Assembly: GCA_963754945.1 (NCBI GenBank)
Contig: CAVWIG010000008.1
Span: forward strand, 1-52,555
From: Methanotrichaceae archaeon
Lineage (GTDB): Archaea; Halobacteriota; Methanosarcinia; Methanotrichales; Methanotrichaceae
Direction of reading: 5' to 3'
Length of the DNA: 52,555 nt
Position 1 is the stretch's first letter; every line of letters starts with the position of its first letter. Under the pieces are notes generated by a model. The model saw only the letters and a list, made by a program, of their open reading frames with translations, searched no databases and was not told the DNA's origin. The position numbers and the translations under genes are program-made. Below are positions 38,980 to 48,401 of the stretch, in pieces.

Positions 38980-39544
38980 ATTGAGAAAGGGCAGTTCCGA
39001 TCTGGAGTTCAGAGGGGCAAAGGCAAGCGTAAAGATCGACCTGGATGGTTCCGGCAAAGTCAGTTCGTCTTCCGGCTCAGCATTTCTGGACCACATGCTT
39101 GCAGCCTTCTCCGGGACGAGCCGTGTCGATCTGGTTGTAAAGGCGGAGGGCAGCTCTTATGAAATCGCCACGGTCATTGGCAGGGCCATCGGCCTCGCCC
39201 TGAACGATGCTCTTGAAGACCACAGCGGAATCCGCCGCTACGGTGCTGCAGTTGTGCCCATGGACGAATCTCTGGCCGAAGTCGCCCTGGACTTCAGCGG
39301 TAGGCCTTACCTCGTGTTCTGCGGCGAGTTTGCCGGCCACAGTATTGGCGACCTTGAGACCCAGGATCTCAAGGCCTTCATGGAATCGCTGGCCGACGGA
39401 GCAAGATTGACTCTGCACACAAGGTTCTACGGAGAAAACGATCACCACAAGGCGGAGAGCATCTTCAAGGCTCTGGGCTTTGCAGTAAGAGACGCTTTGA
39501 GAAAAGAAGGGACTGGAGTTCCCAGCACCAAGGGAGTTATTTAA
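38972..39544 (+). CDS. hisB: Imidazoleglycerol-phosphate dehydratase-like protein lacking the first HHxxE motif
   Basis: FLDHML, RYG...PMDE, SGRP, NDHHKAE, PSTKG. Confidence 0.8.
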   Translation: MIRLRKGSSDLEFRGAKASVKIDLDGSGKVSSSSGSAFLDHMLAAFSGTSRVDLVVKAEGSSYEIATVIGRAIGLALNDALEDHSGIRRYGAAVVPMDESLAEVALDFSGRPYLVFCGEFAGHSIGDLETQDLKAFMESLADGARLTLHTRFYGENDHHKAESIFKALGFAVRDALRKEGTGVPSTKGVI

Positions 39545-39628
39545 CCTCACCAAATCAAAATTGCATTTGTATGTCTATTTCGATGAGCTTGAACGCAGAA
39601 CTTCGGCCCGTTGTACCATCTTGGTTAT

Positions 39629-40543
39629 TTACTCGAACTCTATAGTCCCCGGTGGTTTGGGCGTGATGTCGTACACGACCCGGGTAACAGACGGTATCTC
39701 GCCGGTGATCCTGCTGGAGATTCGCCTAAGGACCTCCCACGGCAGTTCCATCACATCCGCAGTCATTGCATCACGAGAGGAGACAGACCTAACGGCAACA
39801 ACCCAGCCATAGACCCTGTTGTCTCCCTTAACACCAGTGGCCATGCCAAGGACCGCTGCAAAGGCCTGCCAGGGGGCGAACTTCACGATCTCTTCTTCTA
39901 CGATAGCGTTGGCCTTTCTTATGATTGCAAGCTTCTCTTTAGTCACATCTCCGACGATTCTAACCGCGAGTCCGGGTCCAGGGTAAGGCATCCTCTCGCT
40001 TATCTCTGTCGGAAGGCCAAGCCTCCGAGCCACCTCTCTAACCTCATCCTTGTATAGATCGCGAAGCGGCTCGACGATGCGTGCAAACTCAATACGACTG
40101 GGAAGTCCGCCTACATTGTGGTGAGCCTTTATCCCGCCTTCAGACTCTATCCGATCTGGATAGATGGTCCCTTGAATGAGGGTATCAGCTCCTATTTTCC
40201 TGGCCTCATCCTCGAAGATCCTGATGAACGTCTCGCCAACGATCTTCCTCTTGGCTTCCGGATCAGTGACGCCCTTGAGCGCGTCCAGGAACCTTTCCTC
40301 TGCGTCCACTCTGACAAGTGATATGTCTTTGAAAAGTTCCTCGATCCTTTCAGACTCAAACTGTCTCATGAGGCCGGAGTCAACATAAACCGGTACTAGC
40401 CTGTCCCCTAATGCCATGTGAGCAAGCTTTGCACATACCGAACTGTCCACTCCACCCGAGAGACCAATGATGGCTTTGCCCTTCACTTCCTGCCGAATCC
40501 CTGCGATCGCGTCTTCTATAAAACGCTCAACGTTCATGACCAT
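39629..40543 (-). CDS. guaAB: GMP synthase subunit B (ATP pyrophosphatase)
   Basis: [40 protein letters not shown]. Confidence 0.96.
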   Translation of the reverse strand: MVMNVERFIEDAIAGIRQEVKGKAIIGLSGGVDSSVCAKLAHMALGDRLVPVYVDSGLMRQFESERIEELFKDISLVRVDAEERFLDALKGVTDPEAKRKIVGETFIRIFEDEARKIGADTLIQGTIYPDRIESEGGIKAHHNVGGLPSRIEFARIVEPLRDLYKDEVREVARRLGLPTEISERMPYPGPGLAVRIVGDVTKEKLAIIRKANAIVEEEIVKFAPWQAFAAVLGMATGVKGDNRVYGWVVAVRSVSSRDAMTADVMELPWEVLRRISSRITGEIPSVTRVVYDITPKPPGTIEFE

Positions 40544-40653
40544 AGTACATGGAGGCCGGGTCCATGAATAATAGGCTTACGGTTATGCGTTCAGATAACT
40601 CCGATATGACCTGTACATGAAAAATAAGGATTTAAATTATCGCAAGAGAGTGT

Positions 40654-40723
40654 GTCTGGCGAGGTAGTGGAGTGGGGCTTCACCATCAGTTCGCCAGAGG
40701 GAGGGCGGTCTTTCCGGCCCTCC
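40654..40723 (+). ncRNA. Candidate ~70 nt two-hairpin small RNA
   Basis: TTTAAAT TATA at 40631 with purine-rich BRE; stems TCTGGCGA/TCGCCAGA and GGAGGGC/GCCCTCC. Confidence 0.35.
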
Positions 40724-40984
40724 TTAATAAGTCGTCTCGGGATCTATTATTTCGTTGTTTGATACAACTTCTTGGTCGGTTTCGTTTCCTTTTTCAGTTT
40801 CTGTATTATTTTCCGTATAATTTTCGTCCACCATCTGAGTGTTCGGATCATCATCAGCACATATAATTACTAAGTAAATTCCACTTTTATATTAAGGTGA
40901 ATCTAAGCGTCGTTAATGTCTTATTCTTCCTTTGATAAATGTATGTCGGCATCTCAACTCACCATTGAAGATGCTGGGGCGGGC

Positions 40985-41143
40985 TCAAGCCTGTCCCTTC
41001 TCAATATCATCTTTAAGTTGGGCTACTGCGACTTCAAGCGCATGAGTGCGACTGGCAAAACGTCTATTTTCGATTTCCTTGTCTATCCAGTCCACTAAAT
41101 CAGAATCCATTGAGGCTGTAACTTTTACCTTCTCATCTGCCAT
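40985..41143 (-). CDS. Ribbon-helix-helix regulator (52 aa, not in ORF track)
   Basis: MADEKVKVTASMDSDLVDWIDKEIENRRFASRTHALEVAV. Confidence 0.78.
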   Translation of the reverse strand: MADEKVKVTASMDSDLVDWIDKEIENRRFASRTHALEVAVAQLKDDIEKGQA

Positions 41144-41163
41144 GTTGTGATGTATTTCTTTTC

Positions 41164-41217
41164 TATCGTATTTAAGTCTATCTTATACTCAATAATACGA
41201 TACGCTTAAATACGATA
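41164..41217. promoter_or_regulatory. Divergent promoter/operator: perfect 13 bp inverted repeat
   Basis: TATCGTATTTAAG 41164-41176 / CTTAAATACGATA 41205-41217; extra TACGATA at 41196. Confidence 0.7.
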
Positions 41218-41245
41218 AATGCGTATAGTAGGTTGGTGAGTTGAG

Positions 41246-41669
41246 ATGTTTGAAAGAAATCTCTTAGAAGGCATAAGCCCTGTTACACAGACAATCGAAA
41301 GCGGTAAAGCCTTAGCGAAGTTCTTAGGGCTATCCGAAGAATTGCCAGAGAGCATCGCCCTGGCGAACGGCGCACGGTTGACCTTGAGCAACAAAGGCGA
41401 TTGCTTCTATGTCACATCGCCGCAAGGCTGCTCATGCCCTGAGTTCGCCCACCGCCGCACATGCGAGCACATGAATGCCCTGAAAGGCTCCAAGCCTCGC
41501 GGACAGACCGTGGCCGAGGGTACTGGAAGAGCATGACAGGAACCGCCACAAGATGCCTGCCAGCTATCAGCGCATGGTCAGGATGGCCAGGGAAGAGGCC
41601 GAAGCTGAGCCTACTGAGCTGATTAGCAGAGGCGGATTCAAGCCTTGCTTGCCAGAGGAGGCGGCTTAA
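41246..41669 (+). pseudogene. SWIM zinc-finger protein with a frameshift near 41520
   Basis: CSCPEF...CEH; removing one G gives EVLEEHDRN...RGGFKPCLPEEAA, matching the element A C-terminus. Confidence 0.7.
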
Positions 41670-41795
41670 ATGCCCTCCTCAATGGTTGAGCTGAATTCGA
41701 AGCTCGATGACATCATGACGGGCCTTGCTCATATTGAACGCATAGGCTGGCTGGTTGACCGGCTATATCACGAGCTTAACGAGCAGGAGGAGTAG
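41670..41795 (+). CDS. 41 aa helical protein, paralog of 13177-13302
   Basis: MPSSMVELNSKLDDIMTGLAHIERIGWLVDRLYHELNEQEE. Confidence 0.7.
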   Translation: MPSSMVELNSKLDDIMTGLAHIERIGWLVDRLYHELNEQEE

Positions 41796-41798
41796 ATC

Positions 41799-42353
41799 AT
41801 GGCAGCCTCTTTAGTCGATCTGAACGCATTGCTTGATAACTTCATACCTCTGACCAAAAAGGTCAGTGATGCTAAGATTACAGCCATGCAGAAGGAAGCT
41901 GAAGCGCTTGAGAAGATCCTGGCCAGGGTGTGGCTGGTTATGCGCTATATGGATACTGAAGGCCGGGCACCCTATTACCGCAACAAGATAGACATAATCG
42001 ACCACTCCGAGAAGGCAATCACGAGCGACAACAGCGGTTTCAGGTTCAGCAACAAGCTAACCTTGTACGAAGAAGGCAGGCTTACACGCTCCCACGCGGT
42101 CGAGCATTGGGGTCAAGGCCCCTGCTTCGAGTTCAATGACGAGCAGGAAATAGATTGCTTTGGAGCCATTCGATGTTTCGGCTTCGAGGCTATTTGCGAT
42201 GGCCTAGCTGATATGCTCAAGTGTAATGTGACCTTAGATTGTGAATTTAAAGAGCTTCAGACCAGGATCGAGCGGGCCGATTCACTTATTGGAATCATGC
42301 AGGAGAAATTCGAAATAGAATGCCGCCAGAGCGAGGTGGAGGTTACACTATGA
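41799..42353 (+). CDS. Hypothetical protein, paralog of 12098-12886 N-terminal part
   Basis: Long identical stretches. Confidence 0.8.
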   Translation: MAASLVDLNALLDNFIPLTKKVSDAKITAMQKEAEALEKILARVWLVMRYMDTEGRAPYYRNKIDIIDHSEKAITSDNSGFRFSNKLTLYEEGRLTRSHAVEHWGQGPCFEFNDEQEIDCFGAIRCFGFEAICDGLADMLKCNVTLDCEFKELQTRIERADSLIGIMQEKFEIECRQSEVEVTL

Positions 42354-42610
42354 GAGGAGGTGAAAAGATAAAATCAAAACTGCCTTATAATACTTTTTCC
42401 GATCAATCTAGCATCCTGCTCGAGGAAAGAGATTCGCTTGAAGGCGTGCTCGAATCTGTCCAGCCCTATGGTGATGGCCTCATTCAGATTCAGATGTGGG
42501 GGAAGAGCTGGCTGGTAGGAGAGGAGCTGGAGAGCGACCTGATGCAGATGATTGGGCAGCAGGTCAGCATCTTGAGGCTGGAAGGATGGAGCGCGAGGAG
42601 GATGCCATGA
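42350..42610 (+). CDS. Small hypothetical protein, distant homolog of 12098-12886 C-terminal part
   Basis: GGAGGT RBS, ATGA overlap; EGVLESVQ...EELESDL..MIGQQVSILR. Confidence 0.6.
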   Translation: MRGGEKIKSKLPYNTFSDQSSILLEERDSLEGVLESVQPYGDGLIQIQMWGKSWLVGEELESDLMQMIGQQVSILRLEGWSARRMP

Positions 42611-43029
42611 GGCGGCAACTTCAGCTTTTTTTAGGAGGAAAATATCACTTCTCCGCAACCGTTGGCAAGTTTGGCTTGAGATATACTCCAGAAGGCATCA
42701 AGGCGTGTATGCTGCTCTTCGATGTAGGGTTGCACCTAAATTCTGAGGCGGTGGTGATGTCTCAGCATTGTTGGACTGAGGTTTCATCTATCGTGGCTGG
42801 ATTCAACCCACACAGAGGAGATAAGATCAGCTTTGATGCGACGATTAAGGAGTACTACAAGCTCAATAGTCTAGGCCTGGATAGGCTAGATTACAACGTA
42901 GGCGACTTAGAGAACATCGATCTGATAACCCGACCTTGCGTTGATGGCCTCGCCTTCTCGGAGTATTGGGGCAACGTCAAGCAGTCCCACCTTTTCAACC
43001 GTGAAAACGAGGTCCCATGCACGGCATAG
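42607..43029 (+). CDS. Hypothetical protein, paralog of 11677-12096
   Basis: MRRQLQLFLGGKY. Confidence 0.78.
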   Translation: MRRQLQLFLGGKYHFSATVGKFGLRYTPEGIKACMLLFDVGLHLNSEAVVMSQHCWTEVSSIVAGFNPHRGDKISFDATIKEYYKLNSLGLDRLDYNVGDLENIDLITRPCVDGLAFSEYWGNVKQSHLFNRENEVPCTA

Positions 43030-43132
43030 GCAGGCAGAAGGCCAGAAGATCTGCAGGCAATAGCCGCCAGGTAGCTAGGAGATGGAGACAGGCCGCTATC
43101 CTGGCCAATCTTCTTTTTTGAGGCGGTGTCTC

Positions 43133-43534
43133 ATGGCATCGCAAGCAGACAAGCCCGGGCTCTCCTCTATCTTAGCTGAGCTGCGGGACCTCAAGGATAC
43201 AGTTGCCCTCCAGGAAGAGAAGATGGCAGCCTTGGAGCGCACACAAGACCTCCAGGCTGAGAATTCGTTTATCCAGCTCCAGCTTATCAATGATCTCCGA
43301 AAGAAGGATCCTGGAAAGATGGAACTCTCCAGGGCAGAAAAGATTGAGAAGTATCTGCTCTCCAGACCTGATCACAAGGCAACCTTCGAGACTTTGAAGG
43401 GCTATCTCGGAGTGGATAAGGATAGGCTGAAAGAGGCTATCAGAACGCTTATGGAAGCCTCTCCAGGAAGATACGGAATAGCCCGAACACCTGGTGATAA
43501 GCGAAAGCGAAGTTTAGTTATGCTTCCAAAATAG
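43133..43534 (+). CDS. Coiled-coil plus winged-HTH protein
   Basis: MASQADKP shared with 10317-10739; ATFETLKGYLGVDKDRLKEAIRTL. Confidence 0.7.
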   Translation: MASQADKPGLSSILAELRDLKDTVALQEEKMAALERTQDLQAENSFIQLQLINDLRKKDPGKMELSRAEKIEKYLLSRPDHKATFETLKGYLGVDKDRLKEAIRTLMEASPGRYGIARTPGDKRKRSLVMLPK

Positions 43535-43735
43535 GCGCATTGCGCCTAATCCTATTATCGCTATCACTGGAAAGCTAACCAAAAAATCGGTAAAATCTGA
43601 GGTGATTTCCTCAGATTGATTGATATTGATTAGTTTGAGATAGAGATAGGATTGATAGAGATATATATAAACAAATAGAAAAGAATCTTCTTGCTCTCGT
43701 TTTATCAAGATAGGAATAGGCGCAATGCGCCTATT
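43530..43735. repeat. 26 bp inverted repeats flanking an AT-rich spacer (candidate origin)
   Basis: AATAGGCGCATTGCGCCTAATCCTAT 43530-43555 vs 43710-43735 (1 mismatch); each arm is itself palindromic. Confidence 0.75.
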
Positions 43736-43738
43736 CGG

Positions 43739-44410
43739 TCAAGTACACAAGATCTTTTTCTTCTGGGCTTGAAATTCTTCTTCCGTTAATGCCCCTTGCT
43801 CTTTTAACTTTGCTAATCGCTCGATTAGCACGATAACGTCATTCTGATTGCTCAGTTGGGTGTTTTGTGTCGACATATTGGCATCCAGGTTCTTCGTTCT
43901 TAACCATTCCTGAGTTCTAACGTATGTGATTGTAACTTTGCCCTTAGATCGGCTTCCGGCAGTGAGTAACCCTAACCCGCCCAATAGGAACACGCTCCTA
44001 CCGATTGTTCCCAGGTCGCTATGACCGTCAGTCGTAGATGTCCCTTGTGGCATCCAGCCATATTGGGCTGCTGCATTTGCTTCTGCTGTTGCTTTCTCAA
44101 CTGAATCGTAGGATGCAACATAGGACATTTTTCTATCATCACCGTACCATGGAATTTTGGCCCAAAATATCAACATTTTTTCATTTTTTGGATCTAGCTG
44201 GATGGCCTTGTCTAATGCTTGGTAAGCCTCGTTATATTTCCCCTGTTCGCTGAGCAATTTTATCATTTGATACCAGGCCGGTTTCGATTTTGGATCTAGC
44301 TCGATAGCCTTGTCAAAGGCTTGTTTTGCCTCGTTGTATTCGCCCTTCTTAAGGTGGGCCTTGCCCTCATCTAACCAAGACTTTTTGGATAATCCATACG
44401 GCATTTTCAT
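43739..44410 (-). CDS. TPR-repeat protein with C-terminal SHOCT domain (cargo)
   Basis: GEYNEAKQAFDKAIELDP twice; LAKLKEQGALTEEEFQAQKKKIL. Confidence 0.85.
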   Translation of the reverse strand: MKMPYGLSKKSWLDEGKAHLKKGEYNEAKQAFDKAIELDPKSKPAWYQMIKLLSEQGKYNEAYQALDKAIQLDPKNEKMLIFWAKIPWYGDDRKMSYVASYDSVEKATAEANAAAQYGWMPQGTSTTDGHSDLGTIGRSVFLLGGLGLLTAGSRSKGKVTITYVRTQEWLRTKNLDANMSTQNTQLSNQNDVIVLIERLAKLKEQGALTEEEFQAQKKKILCT

Positions 44411-44738
44411 CCCTCCACCAAAACAACAGTCTTGCATTATGAAAAATCTTTGTACAAAAAAACTAGAAAGATACGAAAGGAGTATCTGCGCCCTACTGAC
44501 CTATTAGGGATACTAATCACCGTCCTTGTCTGCAGTAATCCTTATTCTGCTTTCCCTGGCCAGCTCCTCAAGAATAGGGTTCAGTAATGCATATCTCATC
44601 CCCGTGCGTGCCCTCAATCTGCTCCGCTCCATCTTACTGCCGTTGTTTGCCTGTATCAAGAGGATACGATAAGGTATTTTTAAATAGCTCCTTTTCGTAT
44701 GTTAGAATGCCCTGAAAAGGGGATGAGGTGAATGCGTA

Positions 44739-45008
44739 ATGCTTTTCATTGCATTGGCTAAGTTCAAGAAAAAGCTGAGCAAGGAAGTTATTGCTGAGAA
44801 CCTGAAGGATATAGAAGACGACACGAAAGGACAGGTTCGATACCTGGGCATCTACTGGACGCTCGGAAGGTACGATACCGTCGTGCTATTTGAAGCCCCC
44901 AATGAAAAAGTAGCGATGAATATGGCCTTAAAAAGGGCGGACCGGATGGATATAGAGATTCTCGTGGCCGTACCAGCGGAAGAAGGGAGTCCAGCTGGAC
45001 CGACCTAA
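44739..45008 (+). CDS. GYD domain-containing protein (cargo)
   Basis: YWTLGRYDTVVLFEAP. Confidence 0.85.
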   Translation: MLFIALAKFKKKLSKEVIAENLKDIEDDTKGQVRYLGIYWTLGRYDTVVLFEAPNEKVAMNMALKRADRMDIEILVAVPAEEGSPAGPT

Positions 45009-45229
45009 CCTGGTTGTTGATGCATTCCGCGCCGATCCTTCAGTCTAGGCCGTACGCCTCTCGGTCTTGAGGCACCTTGTCTAATATTGGTCCATCACGC
45101 CGGGAGATAGCCGGTTCTAGGGCATTGTAGAAATTATTAATATAGCACAATAAACGTAAAAGTCGATAAAAAAAAAGAGGGCGTTTAGCCCTCAAGCATT
45201 GTAGTGCCTCATGCCTCTGTTCCTATTGT

Positions 45230-48031
45230 TCAACTACCGCCACCATAGTGTGCGCTGCCTCTTTTCACGACTTCCTCGACTGCTCTTGCGATTTCGAACG
45301 GGTTCAATTTACTTTCCACAATCTCTTCGAACAATCGTCTGATCGTGCTTTCGTCAAGCTTTTCAGTAGCAGCGCCAGATATGGATATATCTCCTATGTT
45401 AATGTCTACTTTGATCGGTGACGACTGAGACGACGATCCACCAGATCTATCTATTGGAGGCATAACAGCCACAGGAGAATCGATCAGGGACTCTAGAATC
45501 TCTTGTAATCTAGATGAGCTGGCTATCTCGGCAGGAATGATAGGTTCCCCTTCGTGACCAATCAGCCCCCCCGAACTTGTGATTAGCCCGCCTTTTTGAG
45601 CAGGGACGTAATTGGCCTGCTGGTCTGGCCCAAGATAGTTATCGTATGTCTTTTTGTCTATGATATGTCCATCGATCTTGCTCTTGTACTGTGTTATTGG
45701 AGTTGGCGATGAGGGAGTTGGAGAAGATGGTGTTGTATCAGTTGTTGGTGTTGGTGTTGGGGTTCCTTTGAGATTGTCGATTAGCCCCATTGCAGCCGAG
45801 TATCCATATTTAAAGAGTGCAACTGGACCCTGATCGACCGATGCCGACGCTGGGCCGACTTGGTTTTTGTCCCACGCATTGAATTGTTGTTCCTGATTTT
45901 GGAGTTCGTTGTTAACCCCCTGGCTTAAACCAGCGCGCGCATCACTGAGAACATTTCTTGGGGCAGGTGTTGATGGCGTTGGAGTGTCTGGTTTTTTTGC
46001 GTCTGGGTGGTTCTTATAATAATCATCCCATGCTCGTTTCATCAGGTCAGGGTTTTGATTGTCTGGCAGATGATTATATGTAGCTGCTCCGATTGATTTG
46101 TCATCTGGCCCAACGATTATAAGCTGATCGCCTTCGCCAGGCGCTGTTTTATATCCTGGCGGCATCTGCGTTGTATCCAGGTTCAACGCTGGCGTTGTAC
46201 TTCCCGTAGACTGCGATTTGGCAATGTCGGCGTTTGTCTGATATCCTTTGCCTTGAGACCAGTTGCCAAGCCGCTCAAGCTCATCAGTTATCGGTTTCGC
46301 AATTCCCAGAATTGCACCAACTATGTCATCCCAGACACCCTTGATCCAAGTCACAAAGTCGGTATATACGGTCAGGAGTTCTCTAATCAGATAGTAAATC
46401 AGCTTGGTGAAGGAGTCGATCGGATCCAGGTGAGCCTCTATTAAAGGTAGGCCAGTTATCAATGCCCCTATAGGCCCGCCTATGGCAAATCCCAGCACCA
46501 CGTCGAGCGCATCATGGTCTTTTAGGAACTTGTAGAATCCGTCGGCCTTCTCGAAGGCACCGCCAACGACCTCTTCGAAGACGGTTACTCCCTGGACAGC
46601 TCCATTAAGAAAATGACCGCCCAGATCGACTGCTCCACTGCTTAGCAGGCCTACTAGCATCTGGACGTCGTTGATGAGATCTTTGCCCATGCTAGATTGG
46701 CTGAAGACTGTCCAGGCGTTTGAGAAGGCATGAGTCTTCTGTTCGACCTCATACAGGCCCACTCCTAGAAGGACCAATCCTGCCACAAGAGCAATTATTG
46801 GAAGGAAAGCGGCATATTCTGCCACTGCCATGGACCCGAACGCGCCTTCTGCCGCCAGTGCTGCATCACCAGTGTAGAACAGGCCCGTAGCCAATGTGTA
46901 AGCTGTACCTCCGACCGCAATCATTGGAAAGACAAGACCGTCAACAAGTCCTATGAGAGGCCCAACAATTCCTGCCAGAACGAGTGCAACTGCTGCTACG
47001 CCTAGCAATTGAGGTGCGCCTGGGATAGCATTTATCACATCAACGAGACCACCAACTGCATCCGTAAGTGCTAATAGGTAAGGCAGAGCACCGTCCTCGA
47101 TCGAGTCTGTCAGATCCTCAATTCGAGCCTCAAACATTTGGACTTTCTGTGTGGCTGACAGGTTAAAGTAATCAACGTCTGTCGTCTTTTTGATCAACTG
47201 ATCCTGAACAGCCTGAAGAAGAATTGCCTGGCGAATTTGTTGATCTGTGAGTCCGATAAGCTCTCCTTTATTTTTTAGCTCTCTCTCTGCGGCGGATTGA
47301 TCTTTTTCGGTTGGAGCCGAAATGCCGAGATTCGCCAAGACCATTCCGGCTCGACCCATGCTCCCAAGCACTGCGCCTCCTTGGGATGCGGCCTTGCTGG
47401 GCTCCATGTTAGAAAGACGTTGAGAATACTGTGCCATCAACGCGGTTATATCAGGCGCTCCAACTTCGCCCAGTCTTGCCGCGTTCGAAAACTGGAACTT
47501 CTCTGCCGCTTCCTGAAACGCCATTGCTTGCTCAGTACCAACGCCATGGAATCTCAACTGGATTAGGGCCTGGGCTCTTTCATCGTACGAAATTTGTGGA
47601 GGGCGCGATGCCAACCATTGTTGAATACCTGCCTGCTCTGCCGTGGTGAACGACTCGGCGATAGCGTCCTGGATTCGCTGATTCTCAAAAACGTGATTAG
47701 CGCCAAGGGCTATAATAGCACCCGCAGCAACTTTGGTCGCCGATATAGAGTCGACCATGTTGCCGATAGACTCTGAGACACCTTCAGCCGTGCCCTTCAA
47801 GCTCTCAAACATGTCACTTAGATACCCAGTAATCGATTGAGTCTCCTGTTCGGTTTCTCCGAGTTGATCAACTGAGGCCACCAGAGCATCAACGCCTCCG
47901 GTGTCCGCGTCTATGTTGATCTCCCACGCATTTTCTACTAACTGTTGGGCCAGGTCTAACGTGGACTGGAGCTCGTCTTTAGCTCCATTATCGTTGAACA
48001 AAGTGCGAATGATGAAGTCACGTATTGCCAT
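45230..48031 (-). CDS. Tape-measure-like protein (933 aa)
   Basis: Helical N-half, central hydrophobic segments, Pro/Thr linkers, C-terminal AQKGGLI...GHEGEPIIP motif typical of TMP ends. Confidence 0.7.
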   Translation of the reverse strand: MAIRDFIIRTLFNDNGAKDELQSTLDLAQQLVENAWEINIDADTGGVDALVASVDQLGETEQETQSITGYLSDMFESLKGTAEGVSESIGNMVDSISATKVAAGAIIALGANHVFENQRIQDAIAESFTTAEQAGIQQWLASRPPQISYDERAQALIQLRFHGVGTEQAMAFQEAAEKFQFSNAARLGEVGAPDITALMAQYSQRLSNMEPSKAASQGGAVLGSMGRAGMVLANLGISAPTEKDQSAAERELKNKGELIGLTDQQIRQAILLQAVQDQLIKKTTDVDYFNLSATQKVQMFEARIEDLTDSIEDGALPYLLALTDAVGGLVDVINAIPGAPQLLGVAAVALVLAGIVGPLIGLVDGLVFPMIAVGGTAYTLATGLFYTGDAALAAEGAFGSMAVAEYAAFLPIIALVAGLVLLGVGLYEVEQKTHAFSNAWTVFSQSSMGKDLINDVQMLVGLLSSGAVDLGGHFLNGAVQGVTVFEEVVGGAFEKADGFYKFLKDHDALDVVLGFAIGGPIGALITGLPLIEAHLDPIDSFTKLIYYLIRELLTVYTDFVTWIKGVWDDIVGAILGIAKPITDELERLGNWSQGKGYQTNADIAKSQSTGSTTPALNLDTTQMPPGYKTAPGEGDQLIIVGPDDKSIGAATYNHLPDNQNPDLMKRAWDDYYKNHPDAKKPDTPTPSTPAPRNVLSDARAGLSQGVNNELQNQEQQFNAWDKNQVGPASASVDQGPVALFKYGYSAAMGLIDNLKGTPTPTPTTDTTPSSPTPSSPTPITQYKSKIDGHIIDKKTYDNYLGPDQQANYVPAQKGGLITSSGGLIGHEGEPIIPAEIASSSRLQEILESLIDSPVAVMPPIDRSGGSSSQSSPIKVDINIGDISISGAATEKLDESTIRRLFEEIVESKLNPFEIARAVEEVVKRGSAHYGGGS

Positions 48032-48212
48032 CAGGACCTCGCCTGGATTTCGATTTCGAGCGCGATCAAAAGGTCAACAGATTTGACTGTTTTTTCCAAG
48101 TGCGTTTTCAGTACTCTCAGTCCTTCAATGCGTTTATCTTGCAAACTTTTTTGCGAAATAGTCATTTCAAATCACCCTGCCATTCTTGCCTTGAACCAAA
48201 AAGCTCAAAGGA

Positions 48213-48401
48213 TTACTTTTGTTGCAACTGGTATGCTTTTGTGCCGGGTTGCACCTTGCCGTTTTTAAGAAGGACTTTAGGTTGTTTCTTTGTCTGATCG
48301 CGTCCTAAGGTCCCACCCTGTATGCGGGGTCCGCCCTGAAATCCAGATGTTCCAATTTCGTTCTTACGACCCGTGCGGGTCCCGCCCTTGTCACCACCCA
48401 T
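48213..48401 (-). CDS. Small Gly/Lys-rich protein starting MGG
   Basis: Starts immediately after the DUF4417-like stop. Confidence 0.55.
   Translation of the reverse strand: MGGDKGGTRTGRKNEIGTSGFQGGPRIQGGTLGRDQTKKQPKVLLKNGKVQPGTKAYQLQQK

Noticed and set aside
4027-40388. Many antisense or overlapping ORFs in the track (e.g. 4027-4569, 8195-8800, 34608-35276, 36348-36875)
   Set aside because: Shadows of well-supported genes on the opposite strand, with no motifs of their own.
40654-40723. tRNA, tRNA-Pyl or tRNA-Sec
   Set aside because: No TTCRA T-loop or cloverleaf; kept only as a candidate ncRNA.
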